NCBI GenBank assembly: GCA_038207335.1
Contig: JBBQZX010000004.1
Location: 96,001-160,000, forward strand
From: Chthoniobacterales bacterium
GTDB taxonomy: Bacteria; Verrucomicrobiota; Verrucomicrobiia; Chthoniobacterales; Chthoniobacteraceae
Direction: 5' to 3'
Length of the DNA: 64,000 bases
In this document: piece by piece, positions 19,201 to 29,115 of the stretch
How positions within the stretch are numbered: position 1 is the stretch's first letter
Layout of the letters: each line of letters starts with the position of its first letter
The notes under the pieces: model-generated
What the model was told of the DNA's origin: nothing
Databases searched by the model: none
The model's input: the letters and a program-made list of their open reading frames with translations, nothing else
Translations under genes and position numbers: made by a program

Positions 19201-22200
19201 GGTCGAGGGATACTCGACTTTCAGCGGCTCCTGGCTGTTGTCCGCACCGGTGATGAAATCCGCGGGCGGCGCTTCGGTCGCGTCGAACATGTCTTGGAAC
19301 GAGCAATTCGTGACGGTGAGTTTCACATTGCGGCCGTAGCACCAGCGCAGATGGGAGCCCGTCCACGAGCAATGATCGACCCAAGCCCACGAGCGGATGA
19401 CGCCCAGTCCGCCTTGATTTTCCACGCCCAGCGGCGAGGTGCCCTGCGCGTTCACGAAGTCGCAATACGCGATCATATTTTCCTGCGACATCGAGTCGAT
19501 GATCCGCAGCCCCCCCCACTTCGGCGGACCCGTTTGGACGCCGTTTTTGATCGGGTCGGCATCGCCCGCGGCGATCGTGCCGGGGACATGCGAGAAGACG
19601 ATGTGCTGATCCGCAGTACCCTGGGCGACAATCCGCCCGTTCACGGTCATGCGGACATTTTGATCGAGATAAACGTGCGCGCCCGGCTGGATCACGAGTG
19701 TCGTTCCGGCGGGAATCGTCGCGTTTGCGGTGACGCGATACGGCCCGCCCGCCGCGCTCCATGTGATCGTGCCGCCAGTCGTCGTGCCGGTGAAAGGCAG
19801 CGCGCCCATGTCCACGCGCGTGTTATCCGGGTCGAACGTCGCGGGGTCGCCAGTGTCGCGCGCGGGCGATGCGGCGGTGATGCGGTAGTTGCCGTTCGCC
19901 ACATTCGCAAAGAGCGGATCGGCCGTGATATTTCCCGTGCCGGGCCACGAAAATGCCGAGCCGTCCTCGAGTCGCAGGTCGCTGTAAGTGATGGTCGTAT
20001 TCGCGGAAGAGTAAGGCGAATCGACGAGCACGGGCACCTGCGCCTGCACGATGCAGTTCTTCACATTGAAGACGAGCGTCGCACCGGCGTTGCTCTGGCC
20101 CGCCTTGTTTTGTGTGTAAAAGCCGGTGCTCGCCGTATCGGGATCGCCGCCATTCACGCCGCCGGTATAGCCCCACGGCGCGAGCAGGCTGTCGTGATTT
20201 TCACTCACGATCGTGAGGTTTGTCGCGTTGACCGTGAGCGTGTTGGCGTTCTGGCTTTTGAGAGCGATGCCCTTGTCGCAGCGGATGATTTGCGTGCCGG
20301 AGATGTTCAAGTCGTTGTTCAGCAGCGAGATGCCTTTGTCCCAGCCCTCCCGCAGGATCGAGTCCCGCACGGTGAAAGGCCCGCCGAGGCAATCGATCAC
20401 GTCATCGCCGCAGCGCGCGAAGACGCAGCGGTCGAAGAGAATGGTGCGCGCGCTGCCATTGTGGATGTAAAAGCAATCCTCGTCGTCGGAGAGCAGCGAA
20501 TTGCTCTCGCGGAAATCGGGCAGGATTTGCTGGATATTGCTGTCCTCGACCAAAACGGTGCAGCCGTCCTCGACCTCCGGGCCGGTGATCATGCGCGTGA
20601 TGAGCGAGCGCTGGATTGTGAGGCTGCACGTCCCGCTCGTGTAGGCGGCTTTTGCCGGACCGTCGGCTAGGACGCTGTCGGAGAGGGTCACAGCGCTTCC
20701 GGCGATCCGCAGCATCGGCCCACGGCCGGTGTGCCCGACGCCAGTCGTATGACCGGCATGGTTGAGAAGTGTGTAGCTCAGCGTGCTGGGCTGCGCATTC
20801 GTGAAGACGAGCCCGCCCCAACGATCGGTCGCATTCGTCGCAGTGAAGGTGACGGGATTGGACGCGGTGCCTTGCGAGTTCAGCGCGCCGTTCACGACGA
20901 TGCGTTTGCCCGCGGTGCTGCCCGCCGTCGCATCGCCGTCCATGAGCACATGCGTCCCGGCAGAGATATTTAAAATCCCACCGACCGGCACCGTGACATC
21001 GCCAGTGACGTGGATGATCCCGCTCCAAGTCGTCGTGCCCGTCGCGAGCGCACCGCTCACATCGGTCATTGCGGGGCTCGCGCCGATCGAGGTGAGCGCC
21101 TTTTGCGCGCTGAATCCCGCGCCCGTCGCGGTGAGCGTGAAGTTGCCGGGATCAGCGGATGGATAGCTCGCGATGAGGTCGGTGTCGAAGCTGATGTCCG
21201 GGCTCGTGTCCGCCGTATTGTGGACTTCAACGGCGATCGTGTTGTCACCCGCGACGAGCAAATTGAGCGGGATCGAATACTCCTCGATCGTGTTCTCATT
21301 CGGCGTGGAGGTTGTGGACCGGTTGAATGTGCAGAGCGCGTTATACGCCATGTTGGCGGTCATGCCGCCGGTGATCGCGGCCTGGGTGCCATTGACGTAA
21401 ACGATGGCGCCGTCGTCGCACTTCATGTGGATTTTTACCGCCGCATACGCAGGCAGCGGAGTCGGCAAAGTAAAGTGCCGGCGGAAATAATACGTCCGAA
21501 ACGGCTGGCTCGTGGTCGTGTTTCTCGCGACGACCGTCGCCTCGTCTCCGTCGCCCACGCCCAGCTCGGCCGGGCCGAATTTCCACGGCGCGGCGCTCTC
21601 GGCGGCGAAAGTTTGCGCGCGCCACGCAGTGCCTTGGTTGCTGCCATCGTCGAGATAGAGCCACGTCGCGCCCCTCGCGATAATCGTCTGGTCTGGCTGC
21701 GACGATGAACCGCCCACTGTCACGAGCGCCGCACCCGTGCCGTTGTAAAGCTGCACGGGGGGCAGCGTCATTCCGCTCACGTTCGAGCTGAGAGCGATGT
21801 TCGCATCCCACACGCTGCGGTCCAAATTCCCCTGTCCATCGAGCAAATCGACGCGCGCTAGAAATGGCACTCCGGGGATGAAACTCGCCGGCGCAGTCAG
21901 CCGCAGCGAACCAGCAGTGAGCGAGCCAGCCACGCCGACGCTCGAGCCCGTATTGTAGTAAACATCGGCGTTCAGCGCGGTCAGCACCTTTCCCGCTCCC
22001 CCGGGCGCGTCCCAAAATTTCACGACGACCTTGTTCAAGCCGGGCTTCAGCACTAGGCCGCCCGCGGCGGGCACCGCGAGGCTCCACGTGCCCGCGGTCG
22101 CGACGGGCGATGTCGTCGTGCGATACGACAGATTCGCGAGTTGCCCATTGACCGTGATCGAGTACGTCTTCGCGACGTTGAACGTCCCGCTGAACGTAGC

Positions 22201-24483
22201 GCTGCCGTCATTCGTCTGCTTGTAGCCATCCGCGCTAGTTGCGGAGGTCGTCACGTTCAGCGAGTAAATCTGCTGAATCTGCGCAAGCACATTTGCCCGC
22301 CGCGCCATCACGAAATTCTTGATATCCGCAATGCTTCGATTTTGCGAAACTGCGTCCGTCTGTGGCACCCACCCCGCCATGATCCGGTCGATGATCGGGT
22401 CGATCGTCGCGTTGTTGAACCACGTATCCATCGCCTCAAGCAACGCCGAGTAATAGCGCGGCACGAGTTGCGGATGATTGAAAATTCGCGCGAGTCCGAG
22501 CACGCCCGTCCCCGGCGATGTGCCGCCGTCGTAGCTGAAAATGCTGCGCGAAACTCCGCCGGTCGTGTCGCCGATGTCAAAGATCGTATCGAGATCGTGC
22601 GGGATGAATTTGAACCGCGTATCGACCGTCCCGCGATACATGGACGCATCGTCGCCGCCGCCATTTTGCAAGCCGCCCTCCATGTTTCCAATGAGCGCAT
22701 CGACTGCGAAAAACTTATACGTTTCATCGAGATCGAGATGTGAGGAGAGCGCGGCGACGTAATCCACATCGGTGATCGCGGGCTGCGCGCCGGAGCCGCC
22801 CGTCTTCGGCGCGCTGATCACGCGGCAGAGTTCGATCAAGTCGCTGAAGTCGAATTGCTCGTAGTTCGACTCCTTGATGAACGTGTCCGCGTAGGCTAGC
22901 GGTTCCTCACCTTCGTAGCGGAATTCCCCGCTGCCGAGATTGCCCGGCGGCACCCCGACCTGACCGATGTAATGGTAGTCCAGTCGGTAAAAATTCCCGG
23001 CGCCGTCATTCGGAAAATGATGCTTCGCCCAAGCCGAGCCGCGCCCCTCGATCCGCGCGTAGCGGCCATACATCCGCCCGGTCGTGCCCGACGCAACGCC
23101 CGGCTCCGAAAGGTCTGCACCATTCAGGCGAAACTTTACCGCCGCCGCATCCTGCGGCGGGATGCCCGCGAGCTCGAACATCGCCGCGCCGAGCACCTGT
23201 CCGTAGCCGAAGCGGCAGTTCAGCCCGACAGTCCCGCGTCCGTTCCACGAGTCGTCCGCGCGGAAACCGATGTGAAAGTTATTGGGTGGCCCGAGCGCGG
23301 AACTCTGCCCGCGATTTCCCACGTCGATTAAATACCGCACCTGCAGGCCGGTGCCGTCGTGCGAGATGAAGGTTCCATTGAACCGCGCCCCGCTCTGCTC
23401 CTGGCCGCTCGTCGTCTGGAGCTGCACGAGTTCGGACCGCTCGGGCACCGTGAGCACCACGCGGTAGATCGGATTTTCGGCCGCAGTGAGAAAAGTCGCG
23501 GCGGCGGCGTAGCTGTTATCGACTTGGAAAAGCGCGTTCGTCACCTGCCCGAACGTCTCCGGCACCACGCCCGGATTGCTCGTCCGCGCCGGTGCCGGCC
23601 ACGTCCGCGCCTGCGCGCCATCCGTCGCTGAAATATACCACTCCACGATCGCGAGATTTGCCTGACTCGGGATCGTCGCCTCGACGCGTCCGTCGCCGTC
23701 CGTGTCACTCATCGGGAGCGGGTTAAAAGCGCCCGGCGACGCCGCACTCACGCGCCAGAAAAGCGTCGCGCTCGCTCCCGGCACTTCGTCCTCCAGCGCA
23801 CACGAAACCACGACCGGCTCCGTTGATTTCGGCATCAGCGGTGCATGACTCGCCGAGTGAATCAGTGGCGGCAGATCTGCGCTCGCCACCGAATTCGCCG
23901 CTCCCGGCGACCCGCCTGCCACCGCGCTCACGCCCCAGTTTTGTCCCGAACCCGTGCCAAGCAGCGGATTACGAAGCTCCAGCGTTTTCCCGCCGCCATC
24001 CGCCTCCAAAACCCACTCCCAGCCCTGGTGGGAAAACGTCGCCGCCGCCCGCGCACGCAACGCCCAATTCCCGTCCTTTGAATAAGTTACCTCCGACACC
24101 TTTTTCCCGGTCGCATCGTCGAGTTGAAGATGATCGCTCGAGTTGCTCAGCGTCCCCGTCCAGCCGCCCACCAGCGTGCCGGAAAAACCCGGATACCCAC
24201 TTTGAAAAATCGCCACATCCGCCGCTACGACCACGTATCCGCCCGCCGCAATCGACGTCCCCGCCGGGAAAGTGAACGTCACTCCCTTGCTGAATTTCCA
24301 CCCCGACAAATCGACCGCCGCAACCCCGCCATTGAAAATCTCGACCCACTCCTCGCGCACATCCTCACCCATCGGAACCGGTTTGTCCGGCGTGTGAAAC
24401 ATGATCTCATTGATCACCGGCGCGGCGAGCGTCGTGCAGGCGGTGGCGGCGAGGATGATCCACGAGAGGAGGGACTTGCGCAT
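16279..24483 (-). CDS. Giant secreted protein (~2730 aa) with lamin-tail domains, a CotH-kinase-like domain and beta-helix regions
   Basis: Signal peptide MRKSLLSWIILAATACTTLA; LTD signatures INEIMF/INEV/ISEW/ITEIMF with EWVEIFN or EFLELRN; CotH-like 'FKFIPHDLDTIF'; C-terminal 'IEFALGLDP...RYLRLRA'. Confidence 0.85.
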   Translation of the reverse strand: MRKSLLSWIILAATACTTLAAPVINEIMFHTPDKPVPMGEDVREEWVEIFNGGVAAVDLSGWKFSKGVTFTFPAGTSIAAGGYVVVAADVAIFQSGYPGFSGTLVGGWTGTLSNSSDHLQLDDATGKKVSEVTYSKDGNWALRARAAATFSHQGWEWVLEADGGGKTLELRNPLLGTGSGQNWGVSAVAGGSPGAANSVASADLPPLIHSASHAPLMPKSTEPVVVSCALEDEVPGASATLFWRVSAASPGAFNPLPMSDTDGDGRVEATIPSQANLAIVEWYISATDGAQARTWPAPARTSNPGVVPETFGQVTNALFQVDNSYAAAATFLTAAENPIYRVVLTVPERSELVQLQTTSGQEQSGARFNGTFISHDGTGLQVRYLIDVGNRGQSSALGPPNNFHIGFRADDSWNGRGTVGLNCRFGYGQVLGAAMFELAGIPPQDAAAVKFRLNGADLSEPGVASGTTGRMYGRYARIEGRGSAWAKHHFPNDGAGNFYRLDYHYIGQVGVPPGNLGSGEFRYEGEEPLAYADTFIKESNYEQFDFSDLIELCRVISAPKTGGSGAQPAITDVDYVAALSSHLDLDETYKFFAVDALIGNMEGGLQNGGGDDASMYRGTVDTRFKFIPHDLDTIFDIGDTTGGVSRSIFSYDGGTSPGTGVLGLARIFNHPQLVPRYYSALLEAMDTWFNNATIDPIIDRIMAGWVPQTDAVSQNRSIADIKNFVMARRANVLAQIQQIYSLNVTTSATSADGYKQTNDGSATFSGTFNVAKTYSITVNGQLANLSYRTTTSPVATAGTWSLAVPAAGGLVLKPGLNKVVVKFWDAPGGAGKVLTALNADVYYNTGSSVGVAGSLTAGSLRLTAPASFIPGVPFLARVDLLDGQGNLDRSVWDANIALSSNVSGMTLPPVQLYNGTGAALVTVGGSSSQPDQTIIARGATWLYLDDGSNQGTAWRAQTFAAESAAPWKFGPAELGVGDGDEATVVARNTTTSQPFRTYYFRRHFTLPTPLPAYAAVKIHMKCDDGAIVYVNGTQAAITGGMTANMAYNALCTFNRSTTSTPNENTIEEYSIPLNLLVAGDNTIAVEVHNTADTSPDISFDTDLIASYPSADPGNFTLTATGAGFSAQKALTSIGASPAMTDVSGALATGTTTWSGIIHVTGDVTVPVGGILNISAGTHVLMDGDATAGSTAGKRIVVNGALNSQGTASNPVTFTATNATDRWGGLVFTNAQPSTLSYTLLNHAGHTTGVGHTGRGPMLRIAGSAVTLSDSVLADGPAKAAYTSGTCSLTIQRSLITRMITGPEVEDGCTVLVEDSNIQQILPDFRESNSLLSDDEDCFYIHNGSARTILFDRCVFARCGDDVIDCLGGPFTVRDSILREGWDKGISLLNNDLNISGTQIIRCDKGIALKSQNANTLTVNATNLTIVSENHDSLLAPWGYTGGVNGGDPDTASTGFYTQNKAGQSNAGATLVFNVKNCIVQAQVPVLVDSPYSSANTTITYSDLRLEDGSAFSWPGTGNITADPLFANVANGNYRITAASPARDTGDPATFDPDNTRVDMGALPFTGTTTGGTITWSAAGGPYRVTANATIPAGTTLVIQPGAHVYLDQNVRMTVNGRIVAQGTADQHIVFSHVPGTIAAGDADPIKNGVQTGPPKWGGLRIIDSMSQENMIAYCDFVNAQGTSPLGVENQGGLGVIRSWAWVDHCSWTGSHLRWCYGRNVKLTVTNCSFQDMFDATEAPPADFITGADNSQEPLKVEYPSTDPEVANAAFNGGFPIGGWFRVYFNDFYGNKGHNDVFDGDGGRAGVTFPLDCRYNYFHGLTGDEHLDLAGDALIANNIIERGTKDQYTSDTGYSNAISTGTSGVATTNMVARNLFFDIDHVINCKAQVAAIIEHNTIASIHPDFHYVAGAPYFIDQNVNCSVANMLVRNDGATPGHGDGAYFGYNIISGVPRLVGDADLVQTATNTFNNSFTTKIEFNQNLLDAVTDTSIGANHPGTIYSSAFGVNWQGAPLFVDAAEKNYNLQPGSPARGAGPAELDLGFTTPEWAYIDGGPVPVTNSNTATFQIGGPGLIAYKWRLDGGVWSAVLPVGSGATFPRTGPTLRQSTLSLTGLGTGSHTLEVLGQDFAGNWQDADPAKAYLGLPQFTPTARTWTVDPAAQLVRINEVRADSATLLPDAIELFNGSAAAVDLGGYTLTDDATKPLKYAFPAGTMIAAGGYLTVTTSQTAISLDRDGDDVRLYRSGALVDSVTFGPQIPDLTIGRVGRNGSWALCSPTFDSANAPVAVGGSSGVRISEWFTSGVVLYSNDWIELANPSSLPVSISGVHLSNNGIGDPNAHTFPPLSFIGANGFLKLIADGKPANGPGHLAFTLDAQQESVALADAAGTLLDVVFFGPQTTDRSQGRDATGAYQFYELPTRGLANGTSDPAYANALAILRGLRITEIMFNPIGGAEYEFLELRNVGATALDLTGVKIANGVDFTFTGGTLAPGQNIVVVSNLAKFRSRYGTTVNVAGAYAGKLDNAGETIAVQLPPPFDANAMNFAYNNTWQAGADGAGRSLVVGNLLLPAIQWGDRATWLASASNGGDPDGAIIPPFGTFADWTAHFASGIATADIDRDGIPALIEFALGLDPSTPATIGIPTVTVAADGHLELHIAIPASTLATQLHGLPEITYTVEATGDFAAWTTIATKTHTTPWTGTATVTIDPAVGGVVPVTVRDPALSTSRYLRLRAGWTP

Positions 24484-24793
24484 AAAACGGGAGGGGGCAG
24501 ATACAAAGGGGGACACTCCCCCCCATCTAACATCACAATCCCCTCGTCTCATGCGGAATTTTACGAAATCACAATACAATCGTGACATTTGACGCCGAGC
24601 CAACCTGCCAACTCTCCCGCTCGAGGCGCTGCCGGCCACGGCTCAGGCGCGGCTCTCTCTCCCCGCGATCTGGACGCAAACAGCATCAAACTCTACTGAT
24701 GATCTCCCTACCCGAGCTGTGGCCCCAAAAGCCGGACTGCAAGCCCTCCACGTCCACACATTCGCTCGATCTCGGAAACCTCCTCGCCACCAC

Positions 24794-25291
24794 ATGAAGA
24801 CGCTACTCATCACGCTGCTCGTCCTCACCATCGCCGCATCAGCTCAAGACGACGCTGCGAAAGAACCCAAGCCCGGCGATGAATCGGCGACGCAGACCGA
24901 AGCAACGGCCAACGGCGAGCGCAAAGGTGCCGCGACCGTGCTCCATCGCGATGACATCCTGCACGACCGCGGCGGCGGGAAGCATCTCTGGCCCTTGTTG
25001 AGCACACCGGAGGCACGCGTGAACTACTTTGAAGTCACCAGTCGCGGCGCGCTGCATTTTCACCCGGATGCCGACCACCGGCTCTACGTGCTGGAGGGCG
25101 CCGTGCTCGTGACGTGCGGCGCGACCACCACCAAATGCTCAGCGGGCGATTTCATCATTATCCCCCGCGGCGTGCGCCACTGCTACGACGTCGCTGCACC
25201 GGGCGAAAAGGCGCTGCTGCTCACCTTCGACGCGCCACCCTACGACCCGAAGAAAACCGTGAACGTCGAGCCGAAGGCCACGGGGAAATAG
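24794..25291 (+). CDS. Secreted cupin domain protein
   Basis: Signal peptide MKTLLITLLVLTIAASA; cupin motifs LHFHPDADHRLYVLEG and GDFIIIPRGVRH. Confidence 0.85.
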   Translation: MKTLLITLLVLTIAASAQDDAAKEPKPGDESATQTEATANGERKGAATVLHRDDILHDRGGGKHLWPLLSTPEARVNYFEVTSRGALHFHPDADHRLYVLEGAVLVTCGATTTKCSAGDFIIIPRGVRHCYDVAAPGEKALLLTFDAPPYDPKKTVNVEPKATGK

Positions 25292-25432
25292 CGTTGGGTA
25301 TCCCGCGTGAAGCACACGCCTCAGCCTGAATATCCGCGCAAGCGTTTACTGGCGCTTGCATTGAATTGATGCTCTTCGCTTCCGCGGACGCACCGAGTTG
25401 GAGGAAAATGCGCCCTTGAGGGCAGCTACAGA

Positions 25433-26435
25433 TTTCACATCGAGAACCGGAAACTCATCGACTGGCTCGAATCCCCGTGCCGCGCGCTGAGTGTGCCGAT
25501 CACGGATGCAACGATGACTGGCGTGCAGCGATCCGACGCGGGGATCGGCGGGCTGGTGCTCGAAACCGGCAAGCGGATCCCGGGTGATCTTTTCGTGGAT
25601 GCGAGCGGCTTCCGGTCGGAAATGATCGGTCGCGCGCTGAAGGAGCCGTGGGTGCCGTTCGATGGCGCGCTCTTCACCGACCGCGCGGTAATTGGCGGCT
25701 GGGAGCGCACCGGCGAGCCCATCTCCCCAACACCACGGCGGAGACGATGGACGCGGGCTGGGCGTGGCAGATCGAGCACGAGCATTTCAGCAACCGCGGC
25801 TACGTATATGCGTCGTCGGAGATCACGGATGATGCTGCCCGCGAGGAATTTGCGCGCAAGAACCCGAAGCTCGGCAACACGCGGGTGGTGCGGTTCCGCA
25901 GCGGACGATACGCGCGGCTGTTCGTGGGGAATGTGGTCGCCGTGGGAAATTCGAGTGGGTTCGTGGAGCCGCTGGAGGCCACGGCGCTCGCGCAGCTCAT
26001 CCTGGAGCTGCGGCTTCTCGTGGACGTGCTGAAGGACTCGCGACTGCGTCCCTGAGGCTCGCTCGTCGCGCTCTACAACGGGATCGTGGCCGAGGCCTGG
26101 GAGGCGATCCGCGACTTTCTCGCGCTGCATTACCGCTTCAATACGCGGCTCGACACCCCGTTTTGGCGTCGCTGCCGCGAGGAGACGGACATCGGCGCGC
26201 TGGGCCCATTCCTCGATTTTTATCGCGAAAATGGGCCAAGCGGCTTCGGCCAGCGCCTGCTGCCACGCGGCAGCGAGCTCTTTCACATGGAGGGCTACCT
26301 CGCGCTGCTCATCGGGATGCGAGTGCCCTACCGCGGCGCTCGGAGCCCGTGCCGGAGGCTGAGTCGCGTATTTGGGGGGAATTTTGCCGGAGAAATGGGG
26401 CGTTCATATCACCGGAGTGGACGACCTTCGCGTAG
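25433..26435 (+). pseudogene. Decayed flavin-dependent (tryptophan-type) halogenase
   Basis: Motifs DLFVDASGFRS, GWAWQI, VAVGNSSGFVEPLEAT, IRDFLALHY and TPFW are spread over different frames; frameshift near 25722, in-frame TGA at 26053-26055, no N-terminal GxGxxG region. Confidence 0.88.
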
Positions 26436-26480
26436 GATTCTGATTTCGACGCTTTTGCCTGGCCCGCAGAGCCTCCGGGA

Positions 26481-26508
26481 TTGACTCGAAAAGGAGAGCC
26501 CCTAGTTT
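26481..26508 (+). promoter_or_regulatory. Possible sigma70-type promoter
   Basis: TTGACT-N16-TAGTTT about 30 nt upstream of ATG 26540. Confidence 0.4.
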
Positions 26509-26539
26509 CAACCGCTTTCGCGCAAACAACCTCTCTGGC

Positions 26540-27718
26540 ATGTCTCAAAAAATTCTGGTGATCGACGACAGCCTTGCGGCATCCCGACTGGCGGAGAGCG
26601 TGGCCGCGGAGCATTTCGGAGCCGTCGATGTCCTCGTTGCGCAGCGCGGTGCCGATGCTTTCGATCGCTTCGATATCGCGCTCCCCGACCTCATCCTCCT
26701 CGGCAACACGCTGCCCGACATGGATGCCGCAGTCATCTGCCAGCGCCTCCTCGACGACCCCGCCACCGCGCGCGTGCCCGTCGCCGTCATCGCGCAAAAT
26801 GGAACCGGTGACGCCCTCGCGGAGCATTATAGGAATATCATCCAGACACTGCCGAGGCCGCTCACAGCTGAGTCGCTGCTCGGCGTGATGACCACCGCGC
26901 TCGCGAAAACCAAAGGCGCAGCAAAAGCCGCGCGCCAGCAATTTTCCCACGACCCCGAGGCCATCGTCTTCAGTGGCCACACCGGATTTTTCCCCTTCCG
27001 CTCGGCGCTGCAAATGGCGCATGGCGACAAACTCACCGGCGTCCTCCGCTTCTTCATCGCGCGGCATCCCATCGAGGTCTTCATCAGCAAAGGCCGCTTC
27101 CTTTTCGCCACCACGCGCAACTTTCAGCTCTACTGCCGCGACTCCCCGGCCATCCTCTCCTCCACGAATCTCGGCACCCTCGTCGAAGCGCAAATCACGC
27201 AACAGGCTACCGGTTGCCCGTGCTTCCTTTTCCTATCGCAGCGCGGCGGATTTCCGCACGAGGACGTGATGCAAATCACGCGCGACCACGGACAGCGCGC
27301 ATTTTCAAATCTCTGGACGGCGGGCCGCGTCAGCTTCGAGTTTGAGGAGCTGAGCGAGTTTCCCGACTACGCGAAAAATTTCGCCCCCAGCAACGAAGAC
27401 CCCGACAACTGGACGCTCGCCAGCCTGCGGCATGTGAAATTCGAGAGCCTCATGGCCAGCCAGCGCCCCGACCCGAACGGCAGCCCCGCCTACTCGAGAA
27501 AAGGCTACGACCTCATCCAGCGGCTCAAGCTCAACGACGTCGAGGCTCGCTTCGCCACCGCGGTGAACGGTGCCGAGACCCTTCAATCCATCGCGCACCG
27601 GATCGGCGTCCCGCTCAACGACGCGCTCCTCATCGTATTCCGCTTCCTCGCGCTAGACCTCATCGACTACTGGAGCTCGAACGTACTTTCGCTCCCCGGC
27701 GCTCCGTCCGACCTCTAA
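26540..27718 (+). CDS. Atypical response-regulator receiver protein with PatA-N/DUF4388-like domain
   Basis: KILVIDDS...PDLILLG receiver fold; then FSG...LQMAHGDKLTGVLRF...GRVSFE resembling DUF4388. Confidence 0.75.
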   Translation: MSQKILVIDDSLAASRLAESVAAEHFGAVDVLVAQRGADAFDRFDIALPDLILLGNTLPDMDAAVICQRLLDDPATARVPVAVIAQNGTGDALAEHYRNIIQTLPRPLTAESLLGVMTTALAKTKGAAKAARQQFSHDPEAIVFSGHTGFFPFRSALQMAHGDKLTGVLRFFIARHPIEVFISKGRFLFATTRNFQLYCRDSPAILSSTNLGTLVEAQITQQATGCPCFLFLSQRGGFPHEDVMQITRDHGQRAFSNLWTAGRVSFEFEELSEFPDYAKNFAPSNEDPDNWTLASLRHVKFESLMASQRPDPNGSPAYSRKGYDLIQRLKLNDVEARFATAVNGAETLQSIAHRIGVPLNDALLIVFRFLALDLIDYWSSNVLSLPGAPSDL

Positions 27719-27767
27719 ATCCGGGATCGCCAAATCCCCCGACCGTCGGTGCGCACGCCCGGTGAGA

Positions 27768-28349
27768 TTACCGGTCGTTGAGCCCCTTTCCATCGAGGAT
27801 CTGCGGCGTACATTTTTCGATCCGCGCCCCCCGGGTTTTCGATTGTTTAGGCGCGGAAAAATGAAGGAGATATGCGCGTTGCCGTCCCGGCGTCAGGGCT
27901 CGGAAAGCGGCTTTCAAGGCAGGGTCCTCATTCAGTTTTTTTTGGAGTTCATCAGGGACTGTGAACTCCGAAGGCTTTTTGTAAGTCACCTCCAACCCGG
28001 CCTTCTCCACTTCGACGGCTTCTTGAATATAGGATTTCAAGATGGGCTTCATCGCCACGATTTCTCGCAACGAGGTGAAAGGCACGCGGCGCGCCGCCTG
28101 CGTATTCTCCCCGGGCTTCTCCAGAATGCGCTCGGGGTCGTTCAACAACGCACCTTTGGCAAACAAGACCGAGCAGGTTTCCTTAAATCCCTGCAGGATC
28201 ACGATGTTACTTTCCTGAAAAGTGTAGCACGGCTTTCCCCACTTCAATTCTTCGACCAGTCCACAACCGAGAACGATCTCTCTCAGCCTCTCCATTTCCT
28301 CGCGCCACGTCGTGGCCTTTCTCAAAAACTCATCAACTTTGGGGTTCAT
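27768..28349 (-). CDS. YdeI/OmpD-associated (DUF1801) family protein
   Basis: EELKWGKPCY, FAKGALL, LTPGRQRAY, KQSKTR, GKGLND. Confidence 0.9.
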   Translation of the reverse strand: MNPKVDEFLRKATTWREEMERLREIVLGCGLVEELKWGKPCYTFQESNIVILQGFKETCSVLFAKGALLNDPERILEKPGENTQAARRVPFTSLREIVAMKPILKSYIQEAVEVEKAGLEVTYKKPSEFTVPDELQKKLNEDPALKAAFRALTPGRQRAYLLHFSAPKQSKTRGARIEKCTPQILDGKGLNDR

Positions 28350-28385
28350 TTTGCTTCGTGAATTGAGGTGTTCGAGCGCAGATCG

Positions 28386-29039
28386 CTAATACCTCCGCAG
28401 CCATGCCTCGGTCAAATATTTTTGGTCGGCGAGCCCTTGGGCGGCAGCGATCTCTTCGGGGGTTAGGAGGCGTGGAGATGAAGCGCTGCTCCAGGCGTTG
28501 GCAAGGACGGCAGGGAAGTCCGCGGCTGGGATATTTTGCACGCTCCCTTGGTGAAGCAGTCCGCCGCGGGTGCGACGCTGAGCGGCTCCTGCGATTTTCC
28601 GTCCGTCGGCTAGGAGGTCGTATTGCACGGGATTTTCAAAGCAAGCTTCGGAGGTCTTCGGAGACGCGATTTTCGCGACTGCGAACGCCCCCCCCAGCCA
28701 GCGCGCGAGGCCCTCATGGATTGCGCGGTAGGTATCGAGCGGAGGCATTTCGAAGATCGTGCGGCAAGTGCGGGGAATGATGAGCGAGTAGGTGAGATCT
28801 TCGCCGTGAGGGACCGCTCCGCCGCCCGTCCACCGGCGCACGATTTCGCGCTGAGGCCATCCTGCGGCGATGTCGCGATGTTTCAAAAAATAGCCAAAAG
28901 AGACGGCGGGCCGCGCCCATCGATAGATGCGCAAGAGTGGGCCGGTCGCAGCGTGCAGGAGTGTTTCGTCGATTGCCATGTTCAGCGCGGCGTCGTGGGG
29001 CTGCGGGTCGATCACTTCGGTGATGTGGCTGAAAAGCAC
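28386..29039 (-). CDS. Lipoate-protein ligase / octanoyltransferase (LplA/LipM family)
   Basis: NMAIDE, LRIYRW, VRRWTGGGAVPH, KIAGAAQRR, LHQGS. Confidence 0.88.
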   Translation of the reverse strand: MLFSHITEVIDPQPHDAALNMAIDETLLHAATGPLLRIYRWARPAVSFGYFLKHRDIAAGWPQREIVRRWTGGGAVPHGEDLTYSLIIPRTCRTIFEMPPLDTYRAIHEGLARWLGGAFAVAKIASPKTSEACFENPVQYDLLADGRKIAGAAQRRTRGGLLHQGSVQNIPAADFPAVLANAWSSASSPRLLTPEEIAAAQGLADQKYLTEAWLRRY

Positions 29040-29115
29040 GCGCAGAGGCTAATCCCGCAACTTTTTGCGGGCAAGATTGCCAATCATGGAGCGCGCCGAT
29101 ACGGTCGAAAATCTT

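Noticed and set aside
18502..20670. 722-aa plus-strand ORF
   Set aside because: Antisense to the giant CotH/LTD gene, with no motifs; long shadow ORFs are expected at high GC
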